64,000 nt of DNA from an uncultured delta proteobacterium (GCA_963753975.1 CAVWEH010000001.1:64001-128000), one strand, 5' to 3'; numbered from the stretch's first letter, positions 1 through 10,362 are shown. A program made the numbers and translations. The notes: a model not told the origin generated them from the letters alone.

Positions 1-2
1 CC

Positions 3-398
3 ATTGAAAAACAGATGCTGACTGCTGCGGCAGGACTTTATAACGTTGTGCGGCAGGTGTTTAGTAGTGTCGGCATTGCTCTGGCCGCTACAATACTAAC
101 CCGCGGAGAACAAACCAACAGGTCACTACTGATGGAACATATAACCGCATTCGGCAATACCAGTGCGGAAACTTTGCGTTCTCTATCTCAATATTTTTCT
201 TCCCATGGTATGAACATTACCGATGCCCAAAACAAGGCATTGAAAGCAATTGAAGAAATAGTGATGAGGCAGGCCAGTATGATTTCTTTCAATCATGTAT
301 TTTTTCTGATCGCAGTGGTTTTCGTTATTTCCACACCCTTAATATTTTTAATAAACGATTTAAGAAGAGAAATAAAAGCGGAAATCATTAACGAATAG
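3..398 (+). CDS. MFS efflux transporter (DHA2/EmrB-QacA type), C-terminal part; truncated by window edge
   Basis: AAGLYNVVRQVFSSVGIA motif and terminal 'RQASMISFNHVF' helix typical of DHA2 C-termini; frame open to window start. Confidence 0.8.
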   Translation: MEKQMLTAAAGLYNVVRQVFSSVGIALAATILTRGEQTNRSLLMEHITAFGNTSAETLRSLSQYFSSHGMNITDAQNKALKAIEEIVMRQASMISFNHVFFLIAVVFVISTPLIFLINDLRREIKAEIINE

Positions 399-410
399 AT
401 AACCGGGGAG

Positions 411-1061
411 GTGGGCATGAAAGAAAAACCATATAATATAATTACCGTATCCAGGCAAATGGGCAGCGGCGGGACTTATATCGCTTATCTTGCTGCCAAA
501 GAGTTGGGATTCAAATATCTCGACAGGGAAATATTACGACAGGCTGCAAACAAATTAGGAATTGAACCAGGCATGTTGGAACAGTATGATGGAAGATCGG
601 CGAGCCTAATGGAAAATATTGTCCAGTCGTTTTGTTTCGGTACGCCGGAGATGTCTTTTCCGCCGCCTCTGGGGAAGCCGGTTTATAATAAAGATTTATT
701 TGCCTTGGAAAGCAAAATTATAAAGGAGATCGCTGAAAAATCCACTGCCGTGATTGTCGGCCGCGGCGGATTTCATATCCTGAAGGACAGACTCAACACG
801 ATACATATTTTTATTCATGCCCCGCTGGATTATCGTATCGAGAGGATAATAAAAGAACAAAAAATCGCCGACAAGCGAAAAGCACAAAAGATGGTTGAAG
901 AATCAGATCACGAGAGGACCAAATTTATTCGCGATATGGTAAGCACTGATTGGTGCGATGCACGCAATTATCATTTGTGTATAGATTCCAGTGTTGTTGG
1001 TTTCCCGGCCTGTGTGAAAATGATTACAGAGCTTGTGAGCATAAAAAGATCGGCGCAATAA
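411..1061 (+). CDS. Cytidylate kinase-like family protein
   Basis: ITVSRQMGSGG P-loop, VIVGRGG and YHLCIDSS motifs; GGAG RBS. Confidence 0.85.
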   Translation: MGMKEKPYNIITVSRQMGSGGTYIAYLAAKELGFKYLDREILRQAANKLGIEPGMLEQYDGRSASLMENIVQSFCFGTPEMSFPPPLGKPVYNKDLFALESKIIKEIAEKSTAVIVGRGGFHILKDRLNTIHIFIHAPLDYRIERIIKEQKIADKRKAQKMVEESDHERTKFIRDMVSTDWCDARNYHLCIDSSVVGFPACVKMITELVSIKRSAQ

Positions 1062-1166
1062 CTAAATGGAGAGCTTCACAAATGATGTAAATTGCTTTAC
1101 AGAGGGTTTTAGGTCCAATATCTATATTTTATTGACAGAACAAGTTGGTGTACATATACTTCGCGC

Positions 1167-1871
1167 ATGATTGAATTGAATAATGCAACCAAACAATATG
1201 GTTCTCTTACCGCCGTCGACAATGTTTCCTTTAATGTCCAGAAAGGCGAGTATTTTGCTCTTCTTGGACCCAATGGCGCAGGAAAGACGACAATCGTCAA
1301 GATGCTGCTTGACTTTACAAAGCCGACATCAGGAAGCTTATCAGTAAATGGTCTTTCTAGCACACAGTCAGCAAGCCGTACGGCAATCGGTTATCTGGCC
1401 GAGAACTGCCGTATTCCTCCCTATCTTTCCGGCTGGCAGTATCTGCTACGCTCTTCAGAACTATTGGATATGAGCCGATCCGCTGCGCTGGATCAATGCC
1501 GGCGCATTGTCGAACTTATCGGCATGCAAGGCAGGGAATTCGCAAAAGTGGGCACCTATTCCAAGGGCATGATTCAACGGTTCGGACTTGGCGCCGCACT
1601 CATCGGAAACCCGAAGCTGTTAATTCTCGATGAACCCACCGCCGGCCTTGATCCTATCGGGATAAGAGAAATACGCCAGCTTCTGGAATCGCTTAAAGAT
1701 CAAGACATGACTATCTTTTTGAATTCGCACTTGCTTTCGGAAGTGGAAAAAATATGCGATAACGCCGCCATCATCAACAACGGCAGGCTTTTGGTGAAGG
1801 ATGCAATTTCCACCCTGGTGAAAGATAACGATACACTCGAAAATGTATTCGTCAGGCTGGTGAAAGGTTGA
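1167..1871 (+). CDS. ABC transporter ATP-binding protein
   Basis: Walker A GPNGAGKTT, signature YSKGM, Walker B LLILDEP, H-loop. Confidence 0.95.
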   Translation: MIELNNATKQYGSLTAVDNVSFNVQKGEYFALLGPNGAGKTTIVKMLLDFTKPTSGSLSVNGLSSTQSASRTAIGYLAENCRIPPYLSGWQYLLRSSELLDMSRSAALDQCRRIVELIGMQGREFAKVGTYSKGMIQRFGLGAALIGNPKLLILDEPTAGLDPIGIREIRQLLESLKDQDMTIFLNSHLLSEVEKICDNAAIINNGRLLVKDAISTLVKDNDTLENVFVRLVKG

Positions 1872-1872
1872 A

Positions 1873-2706
1873 ATGAAAATGCCGCAAGCACTTCCTTCCA
1901 TCATCAGAATTGCCAAATATACACTTACGGATGAAATACGGCAGAAAAGCTTCATCGTTATGTTCATCAGCTGCGCCGTATTTATATTTCTTGTTCGCGG
2001 TTGTTATCAGGGCAATTTCATGGTGAACGGTCAGGCGCTCGATACTGAAACTGTTATCCAGGTAGTGTCGAAATTGACTTTTCATGTTATTGCTGTGGGC
2101 GCTATGCTTCTTACTGCCTTACTTTCGATGCGTGTCTTCAGACGCGACCGGGAGGACGGGATGCAATCGAGCATTCTGTCCAAGCCGGTAGCCCGCTGGC
2201 AGTATGTTGCAGGTAAGATCATTGGTTTGTGGGCTTTATCGGTCATCTTCATGTTCGTCCTGCACAGCATTGTGTTTATAATTGCCTCCATAAATTTGCA
2301 GGCTCTTCTGCCGGAATACCTCCTTGCCTCACTACTTTGCTCTTTCAATCTGCTCTTTGTGGTTGTTGCCGTGCTTCTTTTATCGCTGCTGATGTCCGAC
2401 GTATTCGCCTTTCTGTGTGTTCTGGGAATCGGCGTAGTTGGCGTTGTGGCCGACGGGATATACGCTATTAGCCGCAGTCAAATGGCGCAGGCGATGATCG
2501 GCCAAGCAGGCGCGCGGTCAGACTGGACATGGTGGAAAGCCGTCTACTATTTGTGGCCGAAACTTTCCGGTGCGGAGCGATTTGCTTCTTCTTTTATCGG
2601 CGGTGAAAGACTCGGACCTATGTATCCGCTCATTAACGTCCTTTTCTACATCGTCATCCTCGGTGCGTTACTATTCTGGCGTTTCCGGGATGAAGACATA
2701 ATTTAA
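1873..2706 (+). CDS. ABC-2 type transporter permease
   Basis: Multiple TM helices, 'DREDG..ILSKPVARWQYVAGK' motif; coupled to the ATPase gene. Confidence 0.85.
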   Translation: MKMPQALPSIIRIAKYTLTDEIRQKSFIVMFISCAVFIFLVRGCYQGNFMVNGQALDTETVIQVVSKLTFHVIAVGAMLLTALLSMRVFRRDREDGMQSSILSKPVARWQYVAGKIIGLWALSVIFMFVLHSIVFIIASINLQALLPEYLLASLLCSFNLLFVVVAVLLLSLLMSDVFAFLCVLGIGVVGVVADGIYAISRSQMAQAMIGQAGARSDWTWWKAVYYLWPKLSGAERFASSFIGGERLGPMYPLINVLFYIVILGALLFWRFRDEDII

Positions 2707-2732
2707 CCGCCTAGAGAACGAAATCTAACAGG

Positions 2733-3038
2733 ATGGTGCGGGATATGGAAAGCAACGACGATATAAAACTGCTCCTCATGGAGGAGCAAACTCTTCTCTC
2801 CCGCGAGAGGACCATGCATTCATATATGCAGACAGGCCTGGCTTTTACGTCCGTCGGTCTTGTTATTATGAAATTTCTGAGCGGTCTGTTTTATTTTTGC
2901 ACCGGGGTAGTCTTTATTATTCTGGGCATTCTTCTTATAACCGAATCGGCGAGGCGGTATGTGTACTTCCGGAAGGCAGTCCGGAAACTCCGCGAGAAAG
3001 AAACAAAGCTAGGTTATGAAATTGGGATGGTACGATAG
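2733..3038 (+). CDS. DUF202/YidH-like small membrane protein
   Basis: 'LSRERTMHSYMQTGLAF' resembles the LANERT..A..RT motif; two TM helices. Confidence 0.75.
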   Translation: MVRDMESNDDIKLLLMEEQTLLSRERTMHSYMQTGLAFTSVGLVIMKFLSGLFYFCTGVVFIILGILLITESARRYVYFRKAVRKLREKETKLGYEIGMVR

Positions 3039-3064
3039 GAAAAAACCGGTACGGTTCTAATTGA

Positions 3065-3242
3065 TTAACAGAACAAAGAAGATAATAAAATAAATAGAAC
3101 CTCCCCGATAAACTCATATTTGGCATCATCTTGCTTTTGCTCGACAGGTTTCTGTTCTTGTTGCCCGGGAAGTTACCGGCAATGCGGTAATAATCATCAA
3201 AAGTAAAACCGCCGTAATTATTTTCTTCATCTTGGTTTTCAT
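3065..3242 (-). pseudogene. Small exported/membrane protein (~58 aa) with +1 frameshift near 3160
   Basis: AAGGAAG RBS; MKTKMKKIITAVLLLMIITALPVTSRA signal peptide; shifted frame continues EQKPVEQKQDDAKYEFIGEVLFILLSSLFC*. Confidence 0.45.
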
Positions 3243-3367
3243 AGTGTAATCTTCCTTTACATTTGATCCTCATCTTAATTGTTCGCAGTCAATCCCGTAT
3301 TTAGGTGAAGGAAAGTATTATAATTATAAATGAAATTCGCACCGCCAACGCCAATATTTCAGTTGTG

Positions 3368-3690
3368 ATCAATCCCGCGACTTAGAATCCCCCGACTCCG
3401 GCTAGGGGAGGAAAGCGCCGTGACCCGCGGGAAGTCACGCTTTCCTCTGCTTTGCGAGATAATCACGGGCATTTGCAATGCCCTCCGCTTATGCGGGATC
3501 AATTCAACCTGCAAATATTGCTGCATTGTGTTGGCAATATTTGAGTTTCATTGATTCGACCTGCAAGCTTCAGCATGAGTGACCTCTTGTGACCTTCATG
3601 TTATTAGGTTATGCACTTCGTTTCTGAAGCTTGGGTCTCATTATTTCAGGGAGCCTCCGGCTCCTGCCAGACGGGGTTCCGCTTAATAAG
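3368..3690. repeat. Composite REP/BIME-like palindromic element (copy 1)
   Basis: Reverse complement of 3569-3628 matches 23099-23158 at 56/60 nt; 3371-3435 and 3650-3690 match 12281-12395; several hairpins. Confidence 0.8.
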
Positions 3691-3914
3691 CTTTGTTTAA
3701 AACATGCCCAACTAGATTTTTGACATTTAGAGATATTCAAAACAAGACGGGCCTCGATTTCCTGTCAAATCTTGATAAATAGGTTCGAGATGTGATAGAG
3801 ACTAAAAAAGCCGAATTGAATTCAAATGAATTTTTAATGTCCTGAGTAAAGGAGCGAAAAAAGTAACCCGACCGATTAATAACCGAACCAATAAGTCTCG
3901 AAAGGAACTAAACC

Positions 3915-4358
3915 ATGGAAGAAATAATAAAACGCATACTTGTTGTAAGCAGGATGACCAGCTATTGCCGGGAGGCAATTCACTATGGAATATCGCTCGC
4001 CCAGAAGTGCGGCGCCGAGCTTTCCGTGATTCATATCTTGTATAACCCTTTCGAAAACATGAATATGCCCATGATATCACTGGAAGAGGAGTACAAAAAA
4101 GACTGCCAGAGGACAAAGAGAGAGCTGGAAGAAATCATTGACGCCGAGAGAAAGAAAGGCGTGGAGATAAAAGAGTCCGTCAAAGAAGGCGAGCCTGCAG
4201 CGCAGATCATGAAAGCTATTGAAGAAAAAAATATCGATCTTGTCGTCCTGCACGATCATAAGGATAGCTTTTGGGATCATTTCCTTTACGGCTACCGCAG
4301 TGATGACATTATTCGCAAGATTCCGTGTTCGGTCCTATTGGTGAAAGAATCAATGTAA
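3915..4358 (+). CDS. Universal stress protein (UspA family)
   Basis: IKRILV N-terminus, EGEPAAQI, 'IIRKIPCSVLLVK' C-terminus. Confidence 0.9.
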   Translation: MEEIIKRILVVSRMTSYCREAIHYGISLAQKCGAELSVIHILYNPFENMNMPMISLEEEYKKDCQRTKRELEEIIDAERKKGVEIKESVKEGEPAAQIMKAIEEKNIDLVVLHDHKDSFWDHFLYGYRSDDIIRKIPCSVLLVKESM

Positions 4359-4410
4359 CAAAATTAAGAAATTTTCCACAACGGAGGAACTTTCTGAAAA
4401 GGGTGACAAC

Positions 4411-6855
4411 ATGACCATGCAAAACAAAAATGAATCCCGGGAAAAATCTATAGCAGAACTGCTCAAAGAGCTCGATGCAACAAAAGAAGGTCTGAGCAGT
4501 AAAGAGGCGCAAAAACGCCTCGCTGAATACGGCATGAATGAAATTGAGGAAAAGAAAGTTAATCCACTTCTTAAGTTTCTGGGATATTTTTGGGGTCCTA
4601 TCCCCTGGATGATCGAAGCAGCCGTGATTCTATCGGCAGTTGTCCGCCACTGGCCCGATTTTTTCATTATCCTTGTCTTGCTTGCAGCCAATGCCATAGT
4701 CGGGTTCTGGGAGGAGTACCAGGCGGGCAACGCCATCGAGGCGCTGAAGGCCAAGCTGGCAATCCAGGCCCGGGTCCTTCGTGATGGGAAGTGGACCACA
4801 GCGCCGGCGCGTGAGCTGGTGCCGGGCGATGTCATTCGCGTGCGCCTCGGCGACATCGTGCCGGCAGACGCACGCTTGCTTGCGGGTGACCCCGTGGAAG
4901 TCGATCAATCCGTGTTGACGGGCGAGTCATTACCCGTTACCCGCAAAACTGGAGAGACGGTTTACTCGGGCTCGATCATCCGTCAGGGAGAAGTCGACGC
5001 GCTGGTCTATGGTACGGGGCAAAACACCTATTTCGGCAAGACCGCACAATTGGTGCAGGAGGCGCACACTGTCAGTCATTTTCAGCGCGCGGTATTGAAG
5101 ATCGGGAACTATCTGATTGTTATCGCAGTGGCACTGGTCGCCTTGATTCTTACCGTCGCACTTTTTCGCGGCGATAAAATGATCACCACTCTGCAGTTTG
5201 CCCTGATCCTGACAGTGGCAGCCATTCCTGTGGCCATGCCTACCGTGTTGTCGGTGACCATGGCCGTGGGTGCCCGGCTTCTGGCTGTAAAGCAGGCCAT
5301 AGTCAGCCGGCTGGTAGCTATCGAAGAACTGGCGGGCATGGATATGCTCTGCTCGGATAAGACAGGAACCTTGACGCAGAACAAGCTCACGCTTGGTGAT
5401 CCGTTCACTGTCGAAGGGATCACCGCCGACCAGCTTATTCTGAGCGCAGCGCTGTCATCTCGCGCAGAAAATCAGGATACTATCGATCTGGCCGTACTGA
5501 GCGGCCTGAAAAACGATCAGACTCTCAAAGGTTACAGACTCGTTCATTTTATGCCTTTTGACCCTGTGCACAAGCGCACCGAAGCCTCCATCAGCAGCGC
5601 GGATGGGAAAACATTCAAAGTTACCAAGGGAGCGCCGCAGGTAATTCTGGAGTTGGCAGCCAACGCCGTCGAGGTAAAACCAGCAGTAGAAGAAGCTGTT
5701 AGCGCCTTTGCTGTGCGCGGCTTCCGGTCACTGGGCGTGGCGCGAACGGACGCGGCCGGTCAGTGGCAGTTCCTTGGAGTCCTGCCGCTTTTCGATCCGC
5801 CGCGCGAGGATTCGCAAGCAACCATCGCGACAGCGCGGCAGATGGGTATAAATGTAAAGATGGTCACGGGCGATCAACTGGCCATCGCCCGGGAAACCGC
5901 CGGGCAACTCGGGATGGGCAAGAATATCCTCGATGCGAGCGGTTTTGGTGACACGAAGCATCACGAGACGGCGCGGCTGGCCGAGTCCATCGATAAGGCG
6001 GACGGGTTTGCCCAGGTCTTTCCCGAACACAAGTTCCACATCGTCGATGTCCTGCAGCAACTCGGCCACATTGTCGGTATGACCGGTGACGGGGTGAACG
6101 ACGCCCCGGCGCTGAAGAAGGCCGACTGCGGCATTGCGGTATCGGGCGCAACGGACGCCGCCCGTGCGGCGGCGGACATCGTACTGCTGACACCGGGCCT
6201 ATCGGTAATCATCGGCGCGATCAAGGAGAGCCGCAAGATTTTCCAGCGGATGACGAGCTATGCTATTTATCGGATCGCCGAGACAATCCGGGTACTGCTC
6301 TTCATGACTCTGTCTATCCTGGTCTTTAACTTTTATCCGGTAACGGCCGTGATGATCGTCCTGCTCGCATTGCTCAACGACGGCGCCATCCTGTCCATTG
6401 CTTACGACAATGTTCGCTACTCTGACCAGCCCGAAGCATGGAACATGCAGAGAGTCCTGGGAATATCGTCCGTGCTGGGCGTGGCCGGTGTCATTGCATC
6501 ATTCGGATTGTTCTATCTCGGTGAGCGTGTATTTCATCTCAGCCGTGAGATTATACAAACACTGATGTATCTCAAACTCTCCGTGGCGGGACATATGACA
6601 ATATTCGTGACGCGTACCAGGGGCCCGTTCTGGTCGATCCGTCCCGCACCGGTTTTGCTCGCGGCGGTACTTGGCACGCAAGCGGTCGCAACATTGATTG
6701 CCGTCTACGGATTGCTGATGCCCGCGATCGGTTGGGGTTTGGCGCTGGCGGTATGGGGCTATGCACTGGCGTGGTTCCTCGTTAATGATCGGATTAAACT
6801 AGCGGCCTACCGAATCCTTGATCCGCAGCAGCAGCCGTTAGAGGGGAAGCAGTGA
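4411..6855 (+). CDS. Plasma-membrane proton-efflux P-type ATPase (P3A)
   Basis: LTGES, CSDKTGTLT, KGAPQ, MVTGD, TGDGVNDAPALK; P3A-type 'IPVAMPTVLSVTMA' and 'NDGAILSIAYD'. Confidence 0.95.
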   Translation: MTMQNKNESREKSIAELLKELDATKEGLSSKEAQKRLAEYGMNEIEEKKVNPLLKFLGYFWGPIPWMIEAAVILSAVVRHWPDFFIILVLLAANAIVGFWEEYQAGNAIEALKAKLAIQARVLRDGKWTTAPARELVPGDVIRVRLGDIVPADARLLAGDPVEVDQSVLTGESLPVTRKTGETVYSGSIIRQGEVDALVYGTGQNTYFGKTAQLVQEAHTVSHFQRAVLKIGNYLIVIAVALVALILTVALFRGDKMITTLQFALILTVAAIPVAMPTVLSVTMAVGARLLAVKQAIVSRLVAIEELAGMDMLCSDKTGTLTQNKLTLGDPFTVEGITADQLILSAALSSRAENQDTIDLAVLSGLKNDQTLKGYRLVHFMPFDPVHKRTEASISSADGKTFKVTKGAPQVILELAANAVEVKPAVEEAVSAFAVRGFRSLGVARTDAAGQWQFLGVLPLFDPPREDSQATIATARQMGINVKMVTGDQLAIARETAGQLGMGKNILDASGFGDTKHHETARLAESIDKADGFAQVFPEHKFHIVDVLQQLGHIVGMTGDGVNDAPALKKADCGIAVSGATDAARAAADIVLLTPGLSVIIGAIKESRKIFQRMTSYAIYRIAETIRVLLFMTLSILVFNFYPVTAVMIVLLALLNDGAILSIAYDNVRYSDQPEAWNMQRVLGISSVLGVAGVIASFGLFYLGERVFHLSREIIQTLMYLKLSVAGHMTIFVTRTRGPFWSIRPAPVLLAAVLGTQAVATLIAVYGLLMPAIGWGLALAVWGYALAWFLVNDRIKLAAYRILDPQQQPLEGKQ

Positions 6856-6905
6856 AAATAACAATGAAGTTCGCATTGCCAACGACAAAATCTTAGTTTC
6901 GATAC

Positions 6906-8444
6906 TCAATAGGCTTTGTTTAAAACAAAAAGCGGGGCGTGATTGGAGGTAAAAAATTCCGGCATACGCCGGACAATCGGCGCGACCGCCGGATGCTTTT
7001 TGAAAGTTTTCTCCAGAAAATTGCGCACAACCGGCCTCTGCCAGCCCGAAGGATGCTGAAAGCTTTTGTAAAGCGACAGATCGCCTTCGTAAAAATCGCT
7101 AGTTTTCAGGCTTTGCGCCTCAATGCTCCCGGAAGGTAAATTAAAAATTGCCAGATTCAAAAAATCGATACAGCCATGATGTTGACATACGAATTCGAGC
7201 GTCTTCATAGCATGGGCTTTCGTTTCCGAGGGTGTCCCGAAAAGGAAATAGCAATACGCGGCAATGCCTGCTTTCTTGAGAGCTTTCAAAACTGCTGAGG
7301 CCGTGGGCAAATTTATTCCTTTATTCAAACAGTCGAGCACTTCCTGATCGCCGGATTCTATTCCCAGCTTCAGCATAACACAGCCGCTCTTTTTTAAAGC
7401 TAAGCAAAAATCATTATCCGCCAGGTGTGCTGTGATACGGGTAAATCCATACCAGGGAATGCCCGGCGGTTCTTGGGCCAGTGCGCCTAACAGCGCCGGA
7501 CTTATGGCGTTGTCTAAAATATGAATCAATGTCGGATTCGTCTGCTCCGTAAGCGTCTGCAGTTCTTCCAAAGTTTGAGAAACGGGTAGGGGCAGATAAG
7601 GGTTCTCTTCCGATTTTTCCGGGCAAAAAGCGCAGTTATGCCAGTAACAGCCGCGGGAACTGCTATAGGGAAGGATAACGCCGGGGACGAAATATTGGTT
7701 GCCAAAAAATCCTCTATAGTCGGGTGGATAATTTATCCGATCAGTGTTGATTCCCAGCAGTTCTAATAATTTTTTTTCTCCGGCGCCGGCTACTATTTCA
7801 TCGACAAGCCCGCTGAAGATATCACCGCGAACACCAAGCTTTACCCAAGAAGTGACAAGCGACCCGCCCAAAATAATTTTCTGCCGCAGATTGTTGCGCC
7901 TGATAAAACCAATCATAGCGAAAGTGCATAGTGCCTGACTCAGGTAATTTAAGGAAAAGCCGATAAACTCAGGTTCTTCTTCCAGCGCGGAGGCTAAATG
8001 ATTTTCAAAGTACGGGTAAAAGGGATTATCTTGATATTTTTCCGCGGCGCAAATTAAATCTAAGCTTCTCACCGGCGTGAGATTGTCGGCATGATAATCA
8101 ACAAGCGACAGATCAACGCTCCGGGCCTTGCCTGCTATTTTTAAAAGAAGGTTAACGTCGGAGACAACTTGCTGATACGTGCTTCTATTGCCGTACGTCG
8201 CTATATTCCGCAGGGCGCCAAGATTTTTTTGCAAATTTTTTACAGCGCGCACTGTCCAGCGGTCGATTGCCGTATTTTTATCAGCAGTTTCTTGCAGCAG
8301 ATAGATGATGCCTTCCAGATTGGCGTCAATGATTTGATGATTAATATTATGTGCCTTGAGGCAGGAGGATAACTTGGCGATGCCTGCCGGTGGCTCCGCC
8401 GCCTTGGCAACTGGTGGATGAATTAAAATTATTCTTGGTTTCAT
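6906..8444 (-). CDS. B12-binding-type radical SAM protein
   Basis: SRGCYWHNCAFC (Cx4Cx2C variant), N-terminal HPP..PPAG, LGIESG. Confidence 0.85.
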   Translation of the reverse strand: MKPRIILIHPPVAKAAEPPAGIAKLSSCLKAHNINHQIIDANLEGIIYLLQETADKNTAIDRWTVRAVKNLQKNLGALRNIATYGNRSTYQQVVSDVNLLLKIAGKARSVDLSLVDYHADNLTPVRSLDLICAAEKYQDNPFYPYFENHLASALEEEPEFIGFSLNYLSQALCTFAMIGFIRRNNLRQKIILGGSLVTSWVKLGVRGDIFSGLVDEIVAGAGEKKLLELLGINTDRINYPPDYRGFFGNQYFVPGVILPYSSSRGCYWHNCAFCPEKSEENPYLPLPVSQTLEELQTLTEQTNPTLIHILDNAISPALLGALAQEPPGIPWYGFTRITAHLADNDFCLALKKSGCVMLKLGIESGDQEVLDCLNKGINLPTASAVLKALKKAGIAAYCYFLFGTPSETKAHAMKTLEFVCQHHGCIDFLNLAIFNLPSGSIEAQSLKTSDFYEGDLSLYKSFQHPSGWQRPVVRNFLEKTFKKHPAVAPIVRRMPEFFTSNHAPLFVLNKAY

Positions 8445-8628
8445 CAAATGCAAAATTATTTAAATGTTTTCTCGCTTATTCACATATCTTTAGTATTTAA
8501 TTAGCGCTGGCACAAGGCTAATTATCGGCTATGATTTCCAGCTTGACAGGAGGCGCTCTTTACGCAATAGTTCCGCGCAATGGTTAAGTAATAAAAAAAT
8601 TCGCCTCTCCATAATCTTTTGGTACGTT

Positions 8629-9414
8629 GTGAAAAATGAAATGATCAAACCTCCCGGCGGCAGAGGTAAGATAATACTGTCTCTATGCACAGCGGTATTT
8701 ATCACTTTGCTGGCGAACACATTATTCGCGGCAGAGAAATATCCATCGCCGCGCGGCGCGATTAACGATTTTGCCAATGTTATCGATCCGGCCGATGCCG
8801 CAAGAATGGAGACGCTGGCGCGCGAAGTATTGCAAAAAACAGGCACGGCTGTTGTCGTGGCGACTGTTGAAACTGTCGGCGAGAATCAGGACTACAACCT
8901 CTATGCCAACGGCCTTTACCAAGCGTGGGGTATCGGAAAAAAAGGCGAGGATAAGGGTGTTTTAATCTTCCTGACCGTAAAAGAAAGAAAAATCCGCATT
9001 GAAACCGGCTACGGTGTGGAAGGAATCTTGCCGGACGGCTTAGTAGGCGAAATACTCGATAAATATGTTATTCCTCTGCTTAAAGAAGGCAATTACGGGG
9101 GAGCCCTCTATAACGGCATGTATGCCTGTTCTGTTTACATTGCCCAAGATGCCGGTGTCCGGTTGAGCGGATCGGCCGCGCCATACCGGACAAGAGTCCG
9201 AGCGGAAAATAAAGGGATTAACGTTTTTGGAGTTATTTTTTTATTAATTGTAGCCGCTCTGCTTTTAGGTACGAGGACAGGTCGATCTATGCTCCCTTGG
9301 TTGTTGCTTATATTGTTGAGCGGCGGACGCGGAGGAGGCGGCGGTTTTAGCGGAGGATTCGGCGGCTTTGGCGGCGGCGGCAGCGGCGGCGGTGGAGCCG
9401 GACGGGATTTTTAG
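8629..9414 (+). CDS. TPM domain protein (YgcG-like)
   Basis: INDFANVI, WGIGKKGEDKGVL, RIETGYGVEGILPD, Gly-rich tail. Confidence 0.9.
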   Translation: MKNEMIKPPGGRGKIILSLCTAVFITLLANTLFAAEKYPSPRGAINDFANVIDPADAARMETLAREVLQKTGTAVVVATVETVGENQDYNLYANGLYQAWGIGKKGEDKGVLIFLTVKERKIRIETGYGVEGILPDGLVGEILDKYVIPLLKEGNYGGALYNGMYACSVYIAQDAGVRLSGSAAPYRTRVRAENKGINVFGVIFLLIVAALLLGTRTGRSMLPWLLLILLSGGRGGGGGFSGGFGGFGGGGSGGGGAGRDF

Positions 9415-9491
9415 TGAGACCCCAATTTCAAAAGCGTAGCGCATTGAAATTGGTTGGTCGAACTATCCCGCGAGCGAAGCAATGCGGGATA
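9412..9491. repeat. REP-like element (copy 2)
   Basis: gtgagac-ccaatttcaa/ttgaaattgg hairpin then tatcccgc/gcgggata hairpin; same architecture as 22953-23082 and 61236-61303. Confidence 0.75.
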
Positions 9492-9607
9492 ACTATCCAG
9501 CTAATCAGGGATATGATACCATGTGGCCAAGTTTGCGAATTGTTTTCAAAGTGTGCTTTGGGTTTCATACCCATGACTAACTGATAAAGGGTAAAGAGAG
9601 ATAGATT

Positions 9608-10333
9608 ATGGCAAAAATACCGGATAAACCACAAGACATTTTCGTTCCTTTAACGCAGGATTACTTAAAAGTATTCAGCAAAGAGCTTGTATCTCTCATT
9701 CTTTACGGTAGCGCCGCCGGCGGCTCTTATATCAAAGGCAAGTCGGATATTAATTTGCTTTTGGTTTTGACGCCGGAAGGAATAGATAAATTAGCGGACG
9801 CATTTGTTACCATTAAATACTGGAGAAAACGGGGCCTCGCCGTACCGCTGGTTATGACCAAGGCGTTCATTAACACTTCTTTGGATTGTTACCCTATTGA
9901 ATTTTTGAATATGAAAAACAACCATATTCTGATTTATGGCGAAAACATTTTGGAGCAGATAAACGTTAGCCCGGAATGTCTGCGTTTGCAAATAGAGAGG
10001 GAACTAAAAGGGAAACTGATTTTACTGCGTCAGGGTTATCTGGAAGCCCAGGGCAAGCCGCAGCAGCTGAAAAATTTAATCAGCCGTTCTTTTACGGCGT
10101 TTATTTCCATTTTCAACGCTCTGCTTTATTATAAGCATGATGCCGCGCCGCGGGAAAGGCGCGATACGATCAAAGAGTTGGCTAAAGTTTTTGCAGTTGA
10201 TGCGGGAGCATTCCTCCAATGCGCGGATATCAAGGAAGGAAAAAATAATTTATCCGGCGAAGAGATCGTCGGGCTTTTTAAAAAGTATGTCCAAGAAGTC
10301 GCGAATATGTGCAATATCGTCGATTCGCTATAA
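9608..10333 (+). CDS. Nucleotidyltransferase-domain (Pol-beta/MNT-like) protein
   Basis: LYGSAA...SDINLL motif; lies between TPM and LemA genes. Confidence 0.75.
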   Translation: MAKIPDKPQDIFVPLTQDYLKVFSKELVSLILYGSAAGGSYIKGKSDINLLLVLTPEGIDKLADAFVTIKYWRKRGLAVPLVMTKAFINTSLDCYPIEFLNMKNNHILIYGENILEQINVSPECLRLQIERELKGKLILLRQGYLEAQGKPQQLKNLISRSFTAFISIFNALLYYKHDAAPRERRDTIKELAKVFAVDAGAFLQCADIKEGKNNLSGEEIVGLFKKYVQEVANMCNIVDSL

Positions 10334-10362
10334 AACGAGCTAACATAATTCAGGAGGTCAAA

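Noticed and set aside
2935..3273. 112-aa minus-strand ORF from the track
   Set aside because: Overlaps the DUF202 gene; a different frame has the RBS and signal peptide
9320..9410. GGC-rich simple repeat
   Set aside because: Encodes the normal Gly-rich tail of TPM proteins
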